This document shows, in pieces, positions 19,303-28,768 of a DNA stretch of 64,000 nt. A program made the position numbers and the translations under genes. The notes under the pieces are model-generated. The model saw nothing but the letters and a program-made list of their open reading frames with translations. It had not been told where the DNA came from and did no database searches. The stretch comes from Akkermansia muciniphila (GTDB taxonomy: Bacteria; Verrucomicrobiota; Verrucomicrobiia; Limisphaerales; UBA9464): NCBI GenBank assembly GCA_945883815.1, contig CAMCYJ010000002.1, positions 11,684 to 75,683 on the forward strand, given 5' to 3'. The number at the start of each line of letters is the position of its first letter. Positions within the stretch are counted from its first letter, which is position 1.

Positions 19303-19337
19303 CTGGATTCAAGCCACGAAATCCGTGGCCCAATGGC

Positions 19338-22300
19338 TTACTGGTAGGTGATCACCAACTTGCCGCCCTCGTTCTTGATCGAGATGATCGTCACCGAGGG
19401 GGTGATGGTGAGGAAGCCAGACGTGCCGGTGGTCGGCAGATCAGCCGTCACGGTCTTGGTAGACTCAGACAGCGTCACACCGGTCAGTGCCGTGCCGGTC
19501 AAGCCAGCCGGAACCTTGCCCGCGGCAACGCGGGTGGACTTGGCCGGAGCGACACCCACGCGGTAGGCCTTGAAGCCACCGTTGTCGAGGTCGTTCACCA
19601 GCACCTTGTCGCCGTTGGCCTTCACGCTGGCCAACTCGATGTGGGCAGCGCCACCGTTGTCCTGGAACAGGATACGCACCGGGTAGATGCCGGCATCCTG
19701 CACGAAGAACCGGGTGAGACCCGTGGCGGTGTTGCCGTTCAGCTCGAGGCCACCCTCAGCGAGGAGGATGCCATCTGTAGGCTTGCCGATCGGACCACCC
19801 TGAGCGCGGAAGCGGTCATCGCAAGCGATGGCCAGCGTTACCACACCCGCCGGAAGCTCGACGAAGGTCGTGATTTCAGCAGCAATGCCGTAATCCAGAC
19901 CGCTGGTTCCCGGAACACCCGGCATTCCCTGATCTTCAGAGAAACTGCCCGCGCTGCCGCCGGCAACCGCGTTGAGGTTGATCATGGTGGCGATCTCGAA
20001 CTTGACGGTCTTGCCGTCCTTGACGCCGGCCGCCAAGGCATTGCCCGGCTCGTTCTCGTTGGCCAGGTTGTCGATGACCGCGCCGGACTCGTCCTTAAGG
20101 GTGCCGAGCAAGGCCAACTCCACGTCATCCAAGACTTTGGAGGTCATGACCTCGTTCTGAACGATGCGCCAGATGAAGCCCGCCTTGGTCTTGTCGACCG
20201 ACACAGCCTGATGGGCGGCCGTCAGAACAGCCACATTCGCGGCCGTGAAAGTACCGGAGTCGGTCACCGTGTTGCCCTGGGTGTCCTTGACTTCGATCTT
20301 GTAGGTGTGTTCACCCGCGGCGAACGGAGTGGTCCGGGTGTAGGTCACGTCGGTCGCATCGGCGTTCTTGGGGGCCACGGTGGTCGTCACGACCTGTCCG
20401 TCGATGGTCAACTTGATGCCATTGGCCGCTACGATCGAACCACCCTTGTCATTCGCACGGAACGAGAAGGTCACGATGCTCGGATTGATGGCCGAGAGGA
20501 ACAGCCGTTCGGCGCCCGAAGAAGCCGTTCCGAGGGACACCAAGGCGGTTTCCTTCGGCGACTTGCCGAACACGATGGCGTGGGCACCCAAACCGCCCCA
20601 GCCCTTCTGACCGTTTTGGCCAGCGCCGTTGTCACCGTCGTTGATGGCCATGCCCAGACCGAACTGTGTTCCCAAGGTCAAAGCGGTCTTGCCGATCGCG
20701 GCGGCCGGCAGCTTGATTTCGTAGTAGGTCTTCTTGGCCGCAGTGTCGCGGGTCACGACCGCCTCGGTACCACCGGGGCCGGCCTCATGGTTCACGATCA
20801 CATCGGCGAGATCACCGTCCACGCCACCCAGGGCGTAGTTGTACAAGGCCACCTGCTGCTGACGATCGGCACTGGCGATCATCAACTGGATGGAGTCACC
20901 GTTCCACGCGCTCTTGGCGGCGTTCTCGTGGTAGTCGTCGGTCACGACAAAGCCGAAGTAGACATTGTCGATATCATAGGCCACCTGAACGGCCGAGGTC
21001 TGGTCATCCGGACCGGACCAAGTGCCGCCACCGTATTCTTCGAACAGCACGTACTTGCCCGTGCCGGTGGCACCGGAACCCTTGGGTACCGAGAACTTGG
21101 GATCGGAAAGGACGGGCACGCCGCCCCACTCATTGAGCTTGCCGTCGAGGACGATCGGCGTCGTCACCGCGCTGGCGGTGTAGTATTCCTTACCAGGCTC
21201 GATGTCGTTCGGAACGACCGAGCTCAGGGTGAAGAGAGCGGTTTCGCTCGGAGACTTGCCGAACACGAGCGCGTGGGCACCCAAACCGCCCCAGCCCTTC
21301 TGACCCGTTTGGCCAGCGCCGCTGTCACCATCGTTGATGGCCATGCCCAGACCGAACTGAACGCCGCCCTGGAGAGTCTCGATCGCGAGGGAAGCCTTCG
21401 GGAGCTTGATCTCGTAGGTGGTGCGCTTGGTGGCACTGTTGCGGGTCACGACCGCCTCGGTACCACCGGGGCCGGCTTCGTGGTTCACGATGACGTCTGC
21501 GATGTCGCCTTCCACGCCACCGAGGGCGTAGTTGTAAAGAGCCACCTGCTTGGTGCGGTCGGCACTGGCAATCATCAACTGGATGGAGTCGCCGTTCCAC
21601 GCACTCTTGGCGGCGTTCTCGTGGTAGTCGTCGGTCACGACGAAGCCGAAATAGACGTTGTCGGTGTCGAAGATGACTTGCACAGCCGAGGTCTGGTCAT
21701 CCGGACCGGACCAGGTGCCGCCACCGTACTCTTCGAACAGCACGTACTTGCCGTTCGGTCCGGCACCCTTGGGTACCGAGAACTTCGGGTCAGCCAGAAC
21801 CGGCACACCCTTCCACTCGTCGAGCTTACCATCGAGGGTGATGGCGCCCTGAGCGCGGTTGACGGTGTAGAACTCCTTGCCCGGCTCGATGTCGTTCTTC
21901 TTCATCAACGTCATCTCGGCCGTCTCGCTCGGAGATTTGCCGAACACCAGAGCGTGAGCACCCAGACCGCCCCAGCCCTTCTGACCATTCTGGCCGGCGC
22001 CGCTGTCACCGTCATTGATGGCCATGCCCAGACCGAACTTCACGCCGCCCTCGAGCTTCGCGATGTCCAAGGAGGCCTTCGGGAGCTTGATCTCATAGGT
22101 GGTGCGCTTGCTGGTGCCATTGCGGGTCACGACCGCTTCGGTACCACCGGGGCCGGCTTCGTGGTTCACGATCACGTCTGCGATGTCACCTTCGACGCCG
22201 CCCAGGGCGTAGTTGTAGAGAGCCACCTGCTTGGTGCGGTCAGCACTGGCGATCATCAACTGGATGGAGTCGCCGTTCCACGCGCTCTTGGCGGCGTTTT

Positions 22301-22655
22301 CGTGGTAGTCGTCGGTCACGACGAAGCCGAAATAGACGTTGTCGGCATCATAGACGATTTGCACGGCCGAGGTCTGGTCATCCGGACCCGACCAGGTGCC
22401 GCCACCGTACTCTTCAAACAGCACGTACTTGCCCGTGCCAGCCGCGCCGGAACCCTTGGGTACCGAGAACTTCGGATCGGCCAGAACTGGCACACCGGCC
22501 CACTCTCCGAGATTGCCATCGATAACAATGGGTTTCGGAGCAAACACCACCGAGTAAGTCTCCTTACCCGGCTCGATATCATTGGCTGCTGAAGCACTGA
22601 GCCCGCAGAGGGCCAGCGACAGAGCCAAAAGTTTATTTTGGATTGGGTTTTTCAT
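19338..22655 (-). CDS. secreted multidomain protein: 3 x CBM9-like (DOMON-like sugar-binding) modules + Ig-like + PA14-like domains
   Basis: Signal MKNPIQNKLLALSLALCGLSASAA (an alternative start at 22682 is possible). Three 229-aa modules each carry DG.L.EW.GVPV, DNVYFGFVVTDD, WNGDSIQLMI, FGLGMAINDGD. The C-terminal half has Ig-like beta-sandwich text and a PA14-like segment (GFIWRIVQNE...IYPVRILFQDNGGAAHIELA). Confidence 0.75.
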   Translation of the reverse strand: MKNPIQNKLLALSLALCGLSASAANDIEPGKETYSVVFAPKPIVIDGNLGEWAGVPVLADPKFSVPKGSGAAGTGKYVLFEEYGGGTWSGPDDQTSAVQIVYDADNVYFGFVVTDDYHENAAKSAWNGDSIQLMIASADRTKQVALYNYALGGVEGDIADVIVNHEAGPGGTEAVVTRNGTSKRTTYEIKLPKASLDIAKLEGGVKFGLGMAINDGDSGAGQNGQKGWGGLGAHALVFGKSPSETAEMTLMKKNDIEPGKEFYTVNRAQGAITLDGKLDEWKGVPVLADPKFSVPKGAGPNGKYVLFEEYGGGTWSGPDDQTSAVQVIFDTDNVYFGFVVTDDYHENAAKSAWNGDSIQLMIASADRTKQVALYNYALGGVEGDIADVIVNHEAGPGGTEAVVTRNSATKRTTYEIKLPKASLAIETLQGGVQFGLGMAINDGDSGAGQTGQKGWGGLGAHALVFGKSPSETALFTLSSVVPNDIEPGKEYYTASAVTTPIVLDGKLNEWGGVPVLSDPKFSVPKGSGATGTGKYVLFEEYGGGTWSGPDDQTSAVQVAYDIDNVYFGFVVTDDYHENAAKSAWNGDSIQLMIASADRQQQVALYNYALGGVDGDLADVIVNHEAGPGGTEAVVTRDTAAKKTYYEIKLPAAAIGKTALTLGTQFGLGMAINDGDNGAGQNGQKGWGGLGAHAIVFGKSPKETALVSLGTASSGAERLFLSAINPSIVTFSFRANDKGGSIVAANGIKLTIDGQVVTTTVAPKNADATDVTYTRTTPFAAGEHTYKIEVKDTQGNTVTDSGTFTAANVAVLTAAHQAVSVDKTKAGFIWRIVQNEVMTSKVLDDVELALLGTLKDESGAVIDNLANENEPGNALAAGVKDGKTVKFEIATMINLNAVAGGSAGSFSEDQGMPGVPGTSGLDYGIAAEITTFVELPAGVVTLAIACDDRFRAQGGPIGKPTDGILLAEGGLELNGNTATGLTRFFVQDAGIYPVRILFQDNGGAAHIELASVKANGDKVLVNDLDNGGFKAYRVGVAPAKSTRVAAGKVPAGLTGTALTGVTLSESTKTVTADLPTTGTSGFLTITPSVTIISIKNEGGKLVITYQ
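20529..22583 (-). repeat. three tandem ~687-bp copies (229 aa each) inside the CBM9-repeat CDS
   Basis: NDIEPGKE starts each unit at aa 34, 263 and 492. The nucleotide block GCGTGGGCACCCAAACCGCCCCAGCCCTTCTGACC recurs near 20578, 21268 and 21953. Long stretches are protein-identical between units. Confidence 0.9.
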
Positions 22656-22844
22656 TCTGATTAAGCATTGAGATAGGGACATCGACGTGAAACCCCTGCA
22701 ACAGAAATGTGGCGAAGCGCCCTAAGAAATCGGGGAAACCATGACAATGGTGCCAACGATGTTGCCAAACTCCTGTTTTCTCCCTCTGGATTACCCTGTC
22801 TGGAAATCCATCGGCCGGAGGGAGTCCGGAGAAAGATTCCGTAT

Positions 22845-22930
22845 TGGTGCCGCGGGCGGGACTCGAACCCGCACGGCCTTTCGGCCTGGGGATTTTAAGT
22901 CCCCTGTGTCTGCCATTTCACCACCGCGGC
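22845..22930 (-). tRNA. tRNA-Leu (anticodon UAA), CCA encoded
   Basis: On the minus strand: GCCGCGGTGGTGAAATGGCAGACACAGGGGACTTAAAATCCCCAGGCCGAAAGGCCGTGCGGGTTCGAGTCCCGCCCGCGGCACCA. It has the acceptor stem GCCGCGG/CCGCGGC, anticodon loop CUUAAAA, a long variable arm and the T-loop GGTTCGAGTCC. Confidence 0.9.
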
Positions 22931-23117
22931 ATTGCGTTTTTGCTGGGGTTTTGAGGGTCACCCCGAGATTTCGGCGGGCTTGGATACACTTTTGGCAACA
23001 CTTGCTGCCTCGTGAAACCCTCCGGAATGAAACAATCGAGACGTGGACGATACACGAGCGTCTCGGAGGGTCGCAACATGCCGATTGGCTGTTTGTCCGG
23101 GTTGAAGGCTTCCAGTG

Positions 23118-24575
23118 TCAGGTCAAAATGGCCTGCACGACTCGGCCATGGACATCGGTGAGCCGAAAATCGCGGCCACCGAAACGGTAGGTCAGCTTTT
23201 CGTGATCCATCCCCAGCAGGTGTAGAACCGTCGCCCACAAGTCATAAACCGTGCAGACATCCTGCACCGCGTGATAACCCAGTTCATCCGTGGCACCATA
23301 AGCTGTGCCGCCACGGATTCCCCCGCCAGCCAACCAGACACTGAAGCCGAAGGGATTGTGATCGCGCCCGTCATTGGATTGGGCAAAGGGTGTGCGACCA
23401 AACTCACCGGCCCAGACGATGAGCGTTTCGTCAAAAAGGCCACGCGCTTTGAGGTCGCGAATGAGCCCGGCGATGGGCTGGTCGACTTGGAAAGCCATTT
23501 CGGAGTGACCCGCCTTCAGCACGCCATGTTGATCCCACGGGTTGCCGATTTGCCCGGGATCACTGGATCGCGGCAGACACGTGAGCTCGACGAAACGCAC
23601 CCCGCGCTCAACGAGCCGGCGGGCCAACAGGCACTGCCGCGCGTATTCCGCCTTCTCCCGGACCGGCGAATCCATGCCGTAAAGCCGTTTGGTCGCCTCG
23701 CTCTCGCCGCGCAAATCGACCAGGTCGGGCACGGCCGACTGCATCCGATAGGCGATCTCATAGTTCTGGATGGCGGACTCCACCTGTTCGTCCCCCTGCA
23801 ATCGGGCCAAGTGCCTGTGGTCGAACCCTTCCACGAATCGCAGTCGCTTGCGCTGGAGTGGGTCGGCTTCGCGCGGCGTGATGTTGGCCAGGGCTTCCTT
23901 TTGCGTCGGGTCGATGAACGACGCCTGATGCACCGCCGGAAGGAAGCCGTTGCCGTAAATATTCACGCCACCCAAAGGGGCGCCACCGCTGGCCAGCACC
24001 ACGAAGCCCGGCAGGTTTTGGTTCTCGCTGCCCAGGCCATAGGTCGTCCAGGCACCCGCACTGGGAAACCCGGCCAGAGAGAAGCCGGTATGGATGAAGT
24101 AATTTCCCTGGGCGTGTTCGTTGGCAATGCTGGTCATCGAACGGATGACGGCGAGGTCATCAGCACACGCGCCGATGTGGGGGAACAATTCGCTGACGGG
24201 CAGACCCGACTGGCCGTGGTTCCGAAACTCCCACGGGCTGGCCATGATGTTGCCATTCTGGTTGAACATCGTGGGCCGCACCGGCACGGGCATCGGCTTG
24301 CCGTGATCCTTTCTCAGGCGGGGCTTCGGATCGAAGGTATCCACATGGGACACACCACCCGACATGAAGCAGAAGATGACGCTCTTCACCTTCGGCGGCA
24401 GATGCGGCACCCGCGGAGCAAACGGGTTGGGCGGGGCCGCGGCGAGGGCTTTGCCACCGCCCAGAAGGCCGGACAACGCCACCAGGCCAAAGCCTGTCGA
24501 GCATTGGGCGAGCATGGCGCGTCGGGAAATCCCCTGTGCGCGGCGCAGTTCCATCCGGCGGCGATCAATCGACAT
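23118..24575 (-). CDS. DUF1501 domain protein (sulfatase/alkaline-phosphatase-like fold, Tat signal)
   Basis: The Tat-like N-terminus is [33 protein letters not shown]1501 blocks: [52 protein letters not shown]. An alternative start lies at 24554. Confidence 0.85.
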   Translation of the reverse strand: MSIDRRRMELRRAQGISRRAMLAQCSTGFGLVALSGLLGGGKALAAAPPNPFAPRVPHLPPKVKSVIFCFMSGGVSHVDTFDPKPRLRKDHGKPMPVPVRPTMFNQNGNIMASPWEFRNHGQSGLPVSELFPHIGACADDLAVIRSMTSIANEHAQGNYFIHTGFSLAGFPSAGAWTTYGLGSENQNLPGFVVLASGGAPLGGVNIYGNGFLPAVHQASFIDPTQKEALANITPREADPLQRKRLRFVEGFDHRHLARLQGDEQVESAIQNYEIAYRMQSAVPDLVDLRGESEATKRLYGMDSPVREKAEYARQCLLARRLVERGVRFVELTCLPRSSDPGQIGNPWDQHGVLKAGHSEMAFQVDQPIAGLIRDLKARGLFDETLIVWAGEFGRTPFAQSNDGRDHNPFGFSVWLAGGGIRGGTAYGATDELGYHAVQDVCTVYDLWATVLHLLGMDHEKLTYRFGGRDFRLTDVHGRVVQAILT

Positions 24576-27500
24576 AAATGAACTCCTTCAGGCAAAACAG
24601 GGATTGGGCGAAATCCTGCCAAACGCGTTCGTTCGACTCGAGGTCGTGCGGTGGAACCGAGTGTTCCGCCGCCAACCCCAAAAGGAACTCCCGGCTGCCA
24701 GCCACATCCTCTGCCGTGGCGGGGCGCCCCAACGCGCGAACGATCATGGCCTGGATTCGTTCATCGCGATTGCGGCCGTCTTTAACCAGGGATTTGGCCC
24801 ATTTGGCCGACTGGTCGATCACGAATGGATCGTTGAGCAACGTCAGGGATTGGGCCGGCACGTTGGTGGCGTCACGTCGGCCGCGAGTGCTCACCGGCTT
24901 GGGCGCGTCAAACGCCTCCAGGAAGGGATTCGCGGCATTGCGCCGGATCCGCTGATACACACTGCGGCGGCGGTCTCCATCCAGCGGTCCCTTGGGCCCT
25001 CCGCCCTCGGTCTTGGCGATGTAATACACATTCACCCCAGGGCCATACATCTTCAGGTCTACCTCACCGGAAACGGTGAGCATGGCATCGCGAATGGCTT
25101 CGGCCTCTAGTCGGCGCACACGGGCGTGGGACAATAGTTCGTTGCTCGGGTCGATGCGACGGGCGTCGCTGGAAGGCGTCGCCGCTTGCTGAAAGGCCCG
25201 GGAGGTCACCAGAAAGCGGAGGGTTTCCTTGATCGACCAACCGTGATCCACGAAACGAGTCGCGAGGTAGTCGAGGAGTTCCGGGTGGGTGGGTTTTTCA
25301 CCGAGGCGACCGAAGTTGTCGACCGTGCCGACCAGACCCCTTCCAAAGAGATGATGCCAGAGGCGGTTGACCATCACTCGAGACGTCAAGGGGTTGGTCG
25401 CGCTGGCGACCTTGTTGGCCAGTTCCAGCCTGCCACTGAGGGACGTTTGGAAGGGCTGATCGTCGAACATCTCCAAGAATCGGCGCGGCACTGGTTCACC
25501 GGGCTGGGTGATTTGACCTCGCACAAACATCGGCTGATTGAACGCGACCGCTTCGTGGACTCCCGGTGCGCGCCGCGGGATAGGAATCTGCGCTTCTAAC
25601 CGGCGATACGCGGTCACGGTCTTGTTCAATTGGGGCAATCGTTTGAGCGAAGTCGGCAACAAGTCCTGACGCACAAAATAATCGAGAAAGCCGTGTTCCT
25701 CCTCACTCAGAGAACCTTCCTGCCAGTGCTGGACGGCCGCGGCCAAACGGCGGCGGTAGAGATCAGCCAACTCGTTCCGAGATCTGGGCACTTCTCCGGA
25801 AGCCAAGAGGAAGGCCGCGGGTTCGATGAGTTCTTTGGGGGGCAACGGGCCCGAGTGAAACACCACCTCGGCGGCCCCGAAATGAGCGCGCCCACCCTCA
25901 GCCGAGCCTGAGTTTGGGGAATCATCAGCGCTGACGAATTCCAGGTAGGCGTTTGCGCCCTTGCGGTAGGCGGTATCAAGCCGGCGCCACCGCATTTGAT
26001 CGGCACCCAGATTGGCGGCCGGATAAAGCCCACCACCGCCAATGGCGTAGTTCTCGACAATGAGCCGAACCATGCTGCGCTCACCGAGGCCGCGCACGCT
26101 GATGTTGTCGGTCTCCACTTTGAACCGGGGAGAGGTGAGGACCCCGCTTTGTTTTCGAGTGAGTGCATGGCTGAAAACACCCGCCGGATAAAGCCCGCGC
26201 AAGACCCGGTCGCCCTCGAACTCCACGGAAAACCCACCCACAGGCTCAGCTTCGCTGTTTCGAACTCCTGCACCCTGCGTCTCGTCACCAGCGTCCATGA
26301 ACCACTTCCGTGATTCGTGGGAGCGCAAGTTCCATGCTGAGGTGAAGTTAGTTCGATTGAACTCGCGACGGCCGGAGAGCTCGTCCTTCCAAAACTTTGC
26401 GAGCTCCGACCATCCCGCCTGAAACTCCTCACCGGTCCGGCCCGCCAGCTGGACCCACGGATGCAGGGGATTGGCATTGTTCTTGGCGGCATCCGCCCAG
26501 GCGTTTTTCCAGGCCTCGGTCAGAAGTGGCGAATCGAGGATATGCGCCCGATTCGCACGAAGCCGTTCCAAGTCCCGATTCAGGTTCGATCGTTTTGCCA
26601 ACTCCGCTGGCGTCAGGGATTGGGTCAATGTTTGAGCGTCCATGCCGACGGCACCGGCGCGAAACGATGCGGATACTTCGTCTGCGGAAAGGGCGCGCGC
26701 ATAAATCCGGGCTTCCTCGATCTCGCCAGTCAACGAGGCGATGCCGGCCGCCAGATGGCGTTTGCCCAACACCACCCGCGCTTGGCCCGCCGAGAACGGC
26801 TGCAACGTGCCTCGCTGGTAGCGTTTGCCGTAGGGCAATCCGTTGCGGTACAGCGCGATGGAATGGTCGGCTCCATAAACCGCCACGAGATGCACCAGCT
26901 CGCCGGGCTTGGCGGTCTCGGCCGGACCTCCGAAATCCTCGGTGCGGCGGAAAAAATCGCTGCCCGCAATCCAACGGGCGGTCTCCCGTTCGCCAAAGAC
27001 GATGGAGTCGAAGTTCTCGCTGTCCGGCGTTTGGACCGTCAACGCTCCCCCGCCCTTTTGGTCCAGACCGGCGAGCGCCACCCAAACTTCGAGGGATTTT
27101 TCGCGCAGATCGGTGGGTAAAGGTTCGGTGGCGACCCATGCGTTCACTCCATCCAAGATGAGGCGTCCGCCACGGACCACGGCTCCCCCCTCCGCGTGCC
27201 CATGCATGGCTCCCACGCCATCACGCAAATCCCCTTCAAAACTCCATTGTGCCAGAGGCGCGGGCAGCCGATTCGAGTGGGCCGCTCCGCGCTGCCGGGC
27301 CCACTCTGAACGTGCACGGGATTCCACTTGGGCGATTTCGTCCGATAAACGGCGGATTTCGGCTGTCAGGTGTTCCTTTTGTGCGTTGATCGAGGCCTGC
27401 TCGAGCATCCCCGTTTTCATTCCATCCACCGCGGCGCTCCAGGCGTCAGCCAAGCCGATACGGATTTCTTTTTTCAGTCCCGTGAGCCTTTCCCGGTGGA

Positions 27501-28722
27501 CCTCCAGCCGCGATGGATCATCCACGACCACTTGGCCGGGGCGACTGCTGGCGAACACTCCGTACAGTGCGTAGAAGTCCTTCTGGCTGATCGGATCGAA
27601 CTTGTGGTCGTGACAGCGGGCGCACGAAACAGTCAGGCCGAGAAAGGTTTTCGAGAACACATCGATCTGGTTGTCGACCACCTTCACCTGATCGTCCAAG
27701 GCATCCACCGGGATGTACCCGAACTCCACCATGCGCAAGTGCGCCGGCCCAATCCGGGATTCGTTCAAGCCTTCGGCGCGGTTGATTCGCGGGTTTTCCA
27801 ACAGATCCCCGGCGATGTGTTCGCGGACCAACTGGTCATAGGGAACGTCCGCGTTGAAGGCGCGAATGAGATAATCCCGGTAGCGCCAGGCCATGGGCAG
27901 TTCCGGATCACCCTGACTCCCATGCGATTCGCAGTAGCGGACGAGGTCCATCCAGTGCCTCGCCCAACGCTCGCCAAAACGGGCCGAGGCCAGCAATCGG
28001 TCCACCCGCTTCTCGTAGGCGTTGGGCGAGCGATCGCGCAGAAAGTCTTCGATCTCTTCCACCGTCGGCGGCAACCCGGTCAGCGCGAACGTCACTCGTC
28101 GCAGCAACGATTCGCGACCGGCTTCTGGGGCAGGTCGCAATCCACGTTCCTCCATTTGAGCCAACAGGAAGCGATCGACCGGGTGGTCGGACCACGCGGT
28201 GTTCGTGACGCTCGGGATGGACGGCATTCGGACCGGGCGAAAACTCCACCACTCCTTGCGCGCTTGGATCGTGGCGGCAAAACCAGAGCTGTCGGTCGCC
28301 GCGGCTGGCGACACGGACTGAGGTTGGTCGCGGGGATCCACAGCACCTGCGTCCACCCACCGGGCAAAATCCGCGATGACAGACTCGGGGAGCTGAGGCC
28401 GATCCTTGGGCATTCCAGAATCACGATTCGCGTGTCGGATGCTTTTGAGGAGAAGGCTCTTTCTGGAGTCTCCCGGGATGATGGCGGGACCCGATTCCCC
28501 GCCTTTGAGAAGCCCGTCGCGAAAATCCACCCGCAAGCCGCCCTTCTGCTTCTTGGCCCCGTGGCATTCGTAGCACTCGTTGGCGAGGATGGGGCGAATG
28601 CGTTGCTCGAAGAGTTCGACGGCATCGGGAGAAGCCGCCCGCGCCGACTCCATCCACAGCATCCGCAAACCCAGAAGAATCCAGGGGACCCCGCGGAAAA
28701 TGAGAGGGATGCTGTGATTCAT
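24565..28722 (-). CDS. PSCyt/DUF1549/DUF1553 (PSD1) protein with inserted LamG (concanavalin-like) domain, 1,385 aa
   Basis: Planctomycete cytochrome-c motif [20 protein letters not shown]1549 blocks: [46 protein letters not shown] LamG-like segment runs [12 protein letters not shown]...[16 protein letters not shown]. The C-terminal DUF1553/PSD1 has [13 protein letters not shown]. Confidence 0.85.
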   Translation of the reverse strand: MNHSIPLIFRGVPWILLGLRMLWMESARAASPDAVELFEQRIRPILANECYECHGAKKQKGGLRVDFRDGLLKGGESGPAIIPGDSRKSLLLKSIRHANRDSGMPKDRPQLPESVIADFARWVDAGAVDPRDQPQSVSPAAATDSSGFAATIQARKEWWSFRPVRMPSIPSVTNTAWSDHPVDRFLLAQMEERGLRPAPEAGRESLLRRVTFALTGLPPTVEEIEDFLRDRSPNAYEKRVDRLLASARFGERWARHWMDLVRYCESHGSQGDPELPMAWRYRDYLIRAFNADVPYDQLVREHIAGDLLENPRINRAEGLNESRIGPAHLRMVEFGYIPVDALDDQVKVVDNQIDVFSKTFLGLTVSCARCHDHKFDPISQKDFYALYGVFASSRPGQVVVDDPSRLEVHRERLTGLKKEIRIGLADAWSAAVDGMKTGMLEQASINAQKEHLTAEIRRLSDEIAQVESRARSEWARQRGAAHSNRLPAPLAQWSFEGDLRDGVGAMHGHAEGGAVVRGGRLILDGVNAWVATEPLPTDLREKSLEVWVALAGLDQKGGGALTVQTPDSENFDSIVFGERETARWIAGSDFFRRTEDFGGPAETAKPGELVHLVAVYGADHSIALYRNGLPYGKRYQRGTLQPFSAGQARVVLGKRHLAAGIASLTGEIEEARIYARALSADEVSASFRAGAVGMDAQTLTQSLTPAELAKRSNLNRDLERLRANRAHILDSPLLTEAWKNAWADAAKNNANPLHPWVQLAGRTGEEFQAGWSELAKFWKDELSGRREFNRTNFTSAWNLRSHESRKWFMDAGDETQGAGVRNSEAEPVGGFSVEFEGDRVLRGLYPAGVFSHALTRKQSGVLTSPRFKVETDNISVRGLGERSMVRLIVENYAIGGGGLYPAANLGADQMRWRRLDTAYRKGANAYLEFVSADDSPNSGSAEGGRAHFGAAEVVFHSGPLPPKELIEPAAFLLASGEVPRSRNELADLYRRRLAAAVQHWQEGSLSEEEHGFLDYFVRQDLLPTSLKRLPQLNKTVTAYRRLEAQIPIPRRAPGVHEAVAFNQPMFVRGQITQPGEPVPRRFLEMFDDQPFQTSLSGRLELANKVASATNPLTSRVMVNRLWHHLFGRGLVGTVDNFGRLGEKPTHPELLDYLATRFVDHGWSIKETLRFLVTSRAFQQAATPSSDARRIDPSNELLSHARVRRLEAEAIRDAMLTVSGEVDLKMYGPGVNVYYIAKTEGGGPKGPLDGDRRRSVYQRIRRNAANPFLEAFDAPKPVSTRGRRDATNVPAQSLTLLNDPFVIDQSAKWAKSLVKDGRNRDERIQAMIVRALGRPATAEDVAGSREFLLGLAAEHSVPPHDLESNERVWQDFAQSLFCLKEFIYVD

Positions 28723-28768
28723 CAGTGATGGGGCCTTGGGACAATCTCGCAGAATCCGCCAAAACTTC

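Noticed and set aside
19176-22592. 1,138-aa plus-strand ORF, the longest plus-strand ORF in this part of the window
   Set aside because: It is exactly antisense to the CBM9-repeat gene. Its translation is repetitive low-complexity text (G/V/L/A/H/D/R-rich, ...VVVVGHD.AE.D...) with no recognisable domain. The sense strand has clear domain motifs, a signal peptide and a terminator. It is an artefact of high GC and stop-codon-poor antisense frames.
22683-23117. Genomic-island boundary at tRNA-Leu, between the CBM9/CRTAC1 cluster and the PSD1 cluster
   Set aside because: I could find no integrase, no direct repeat of the tRNA 3' end and no obvious compositional break. Genes on both sides are typical PVC families.
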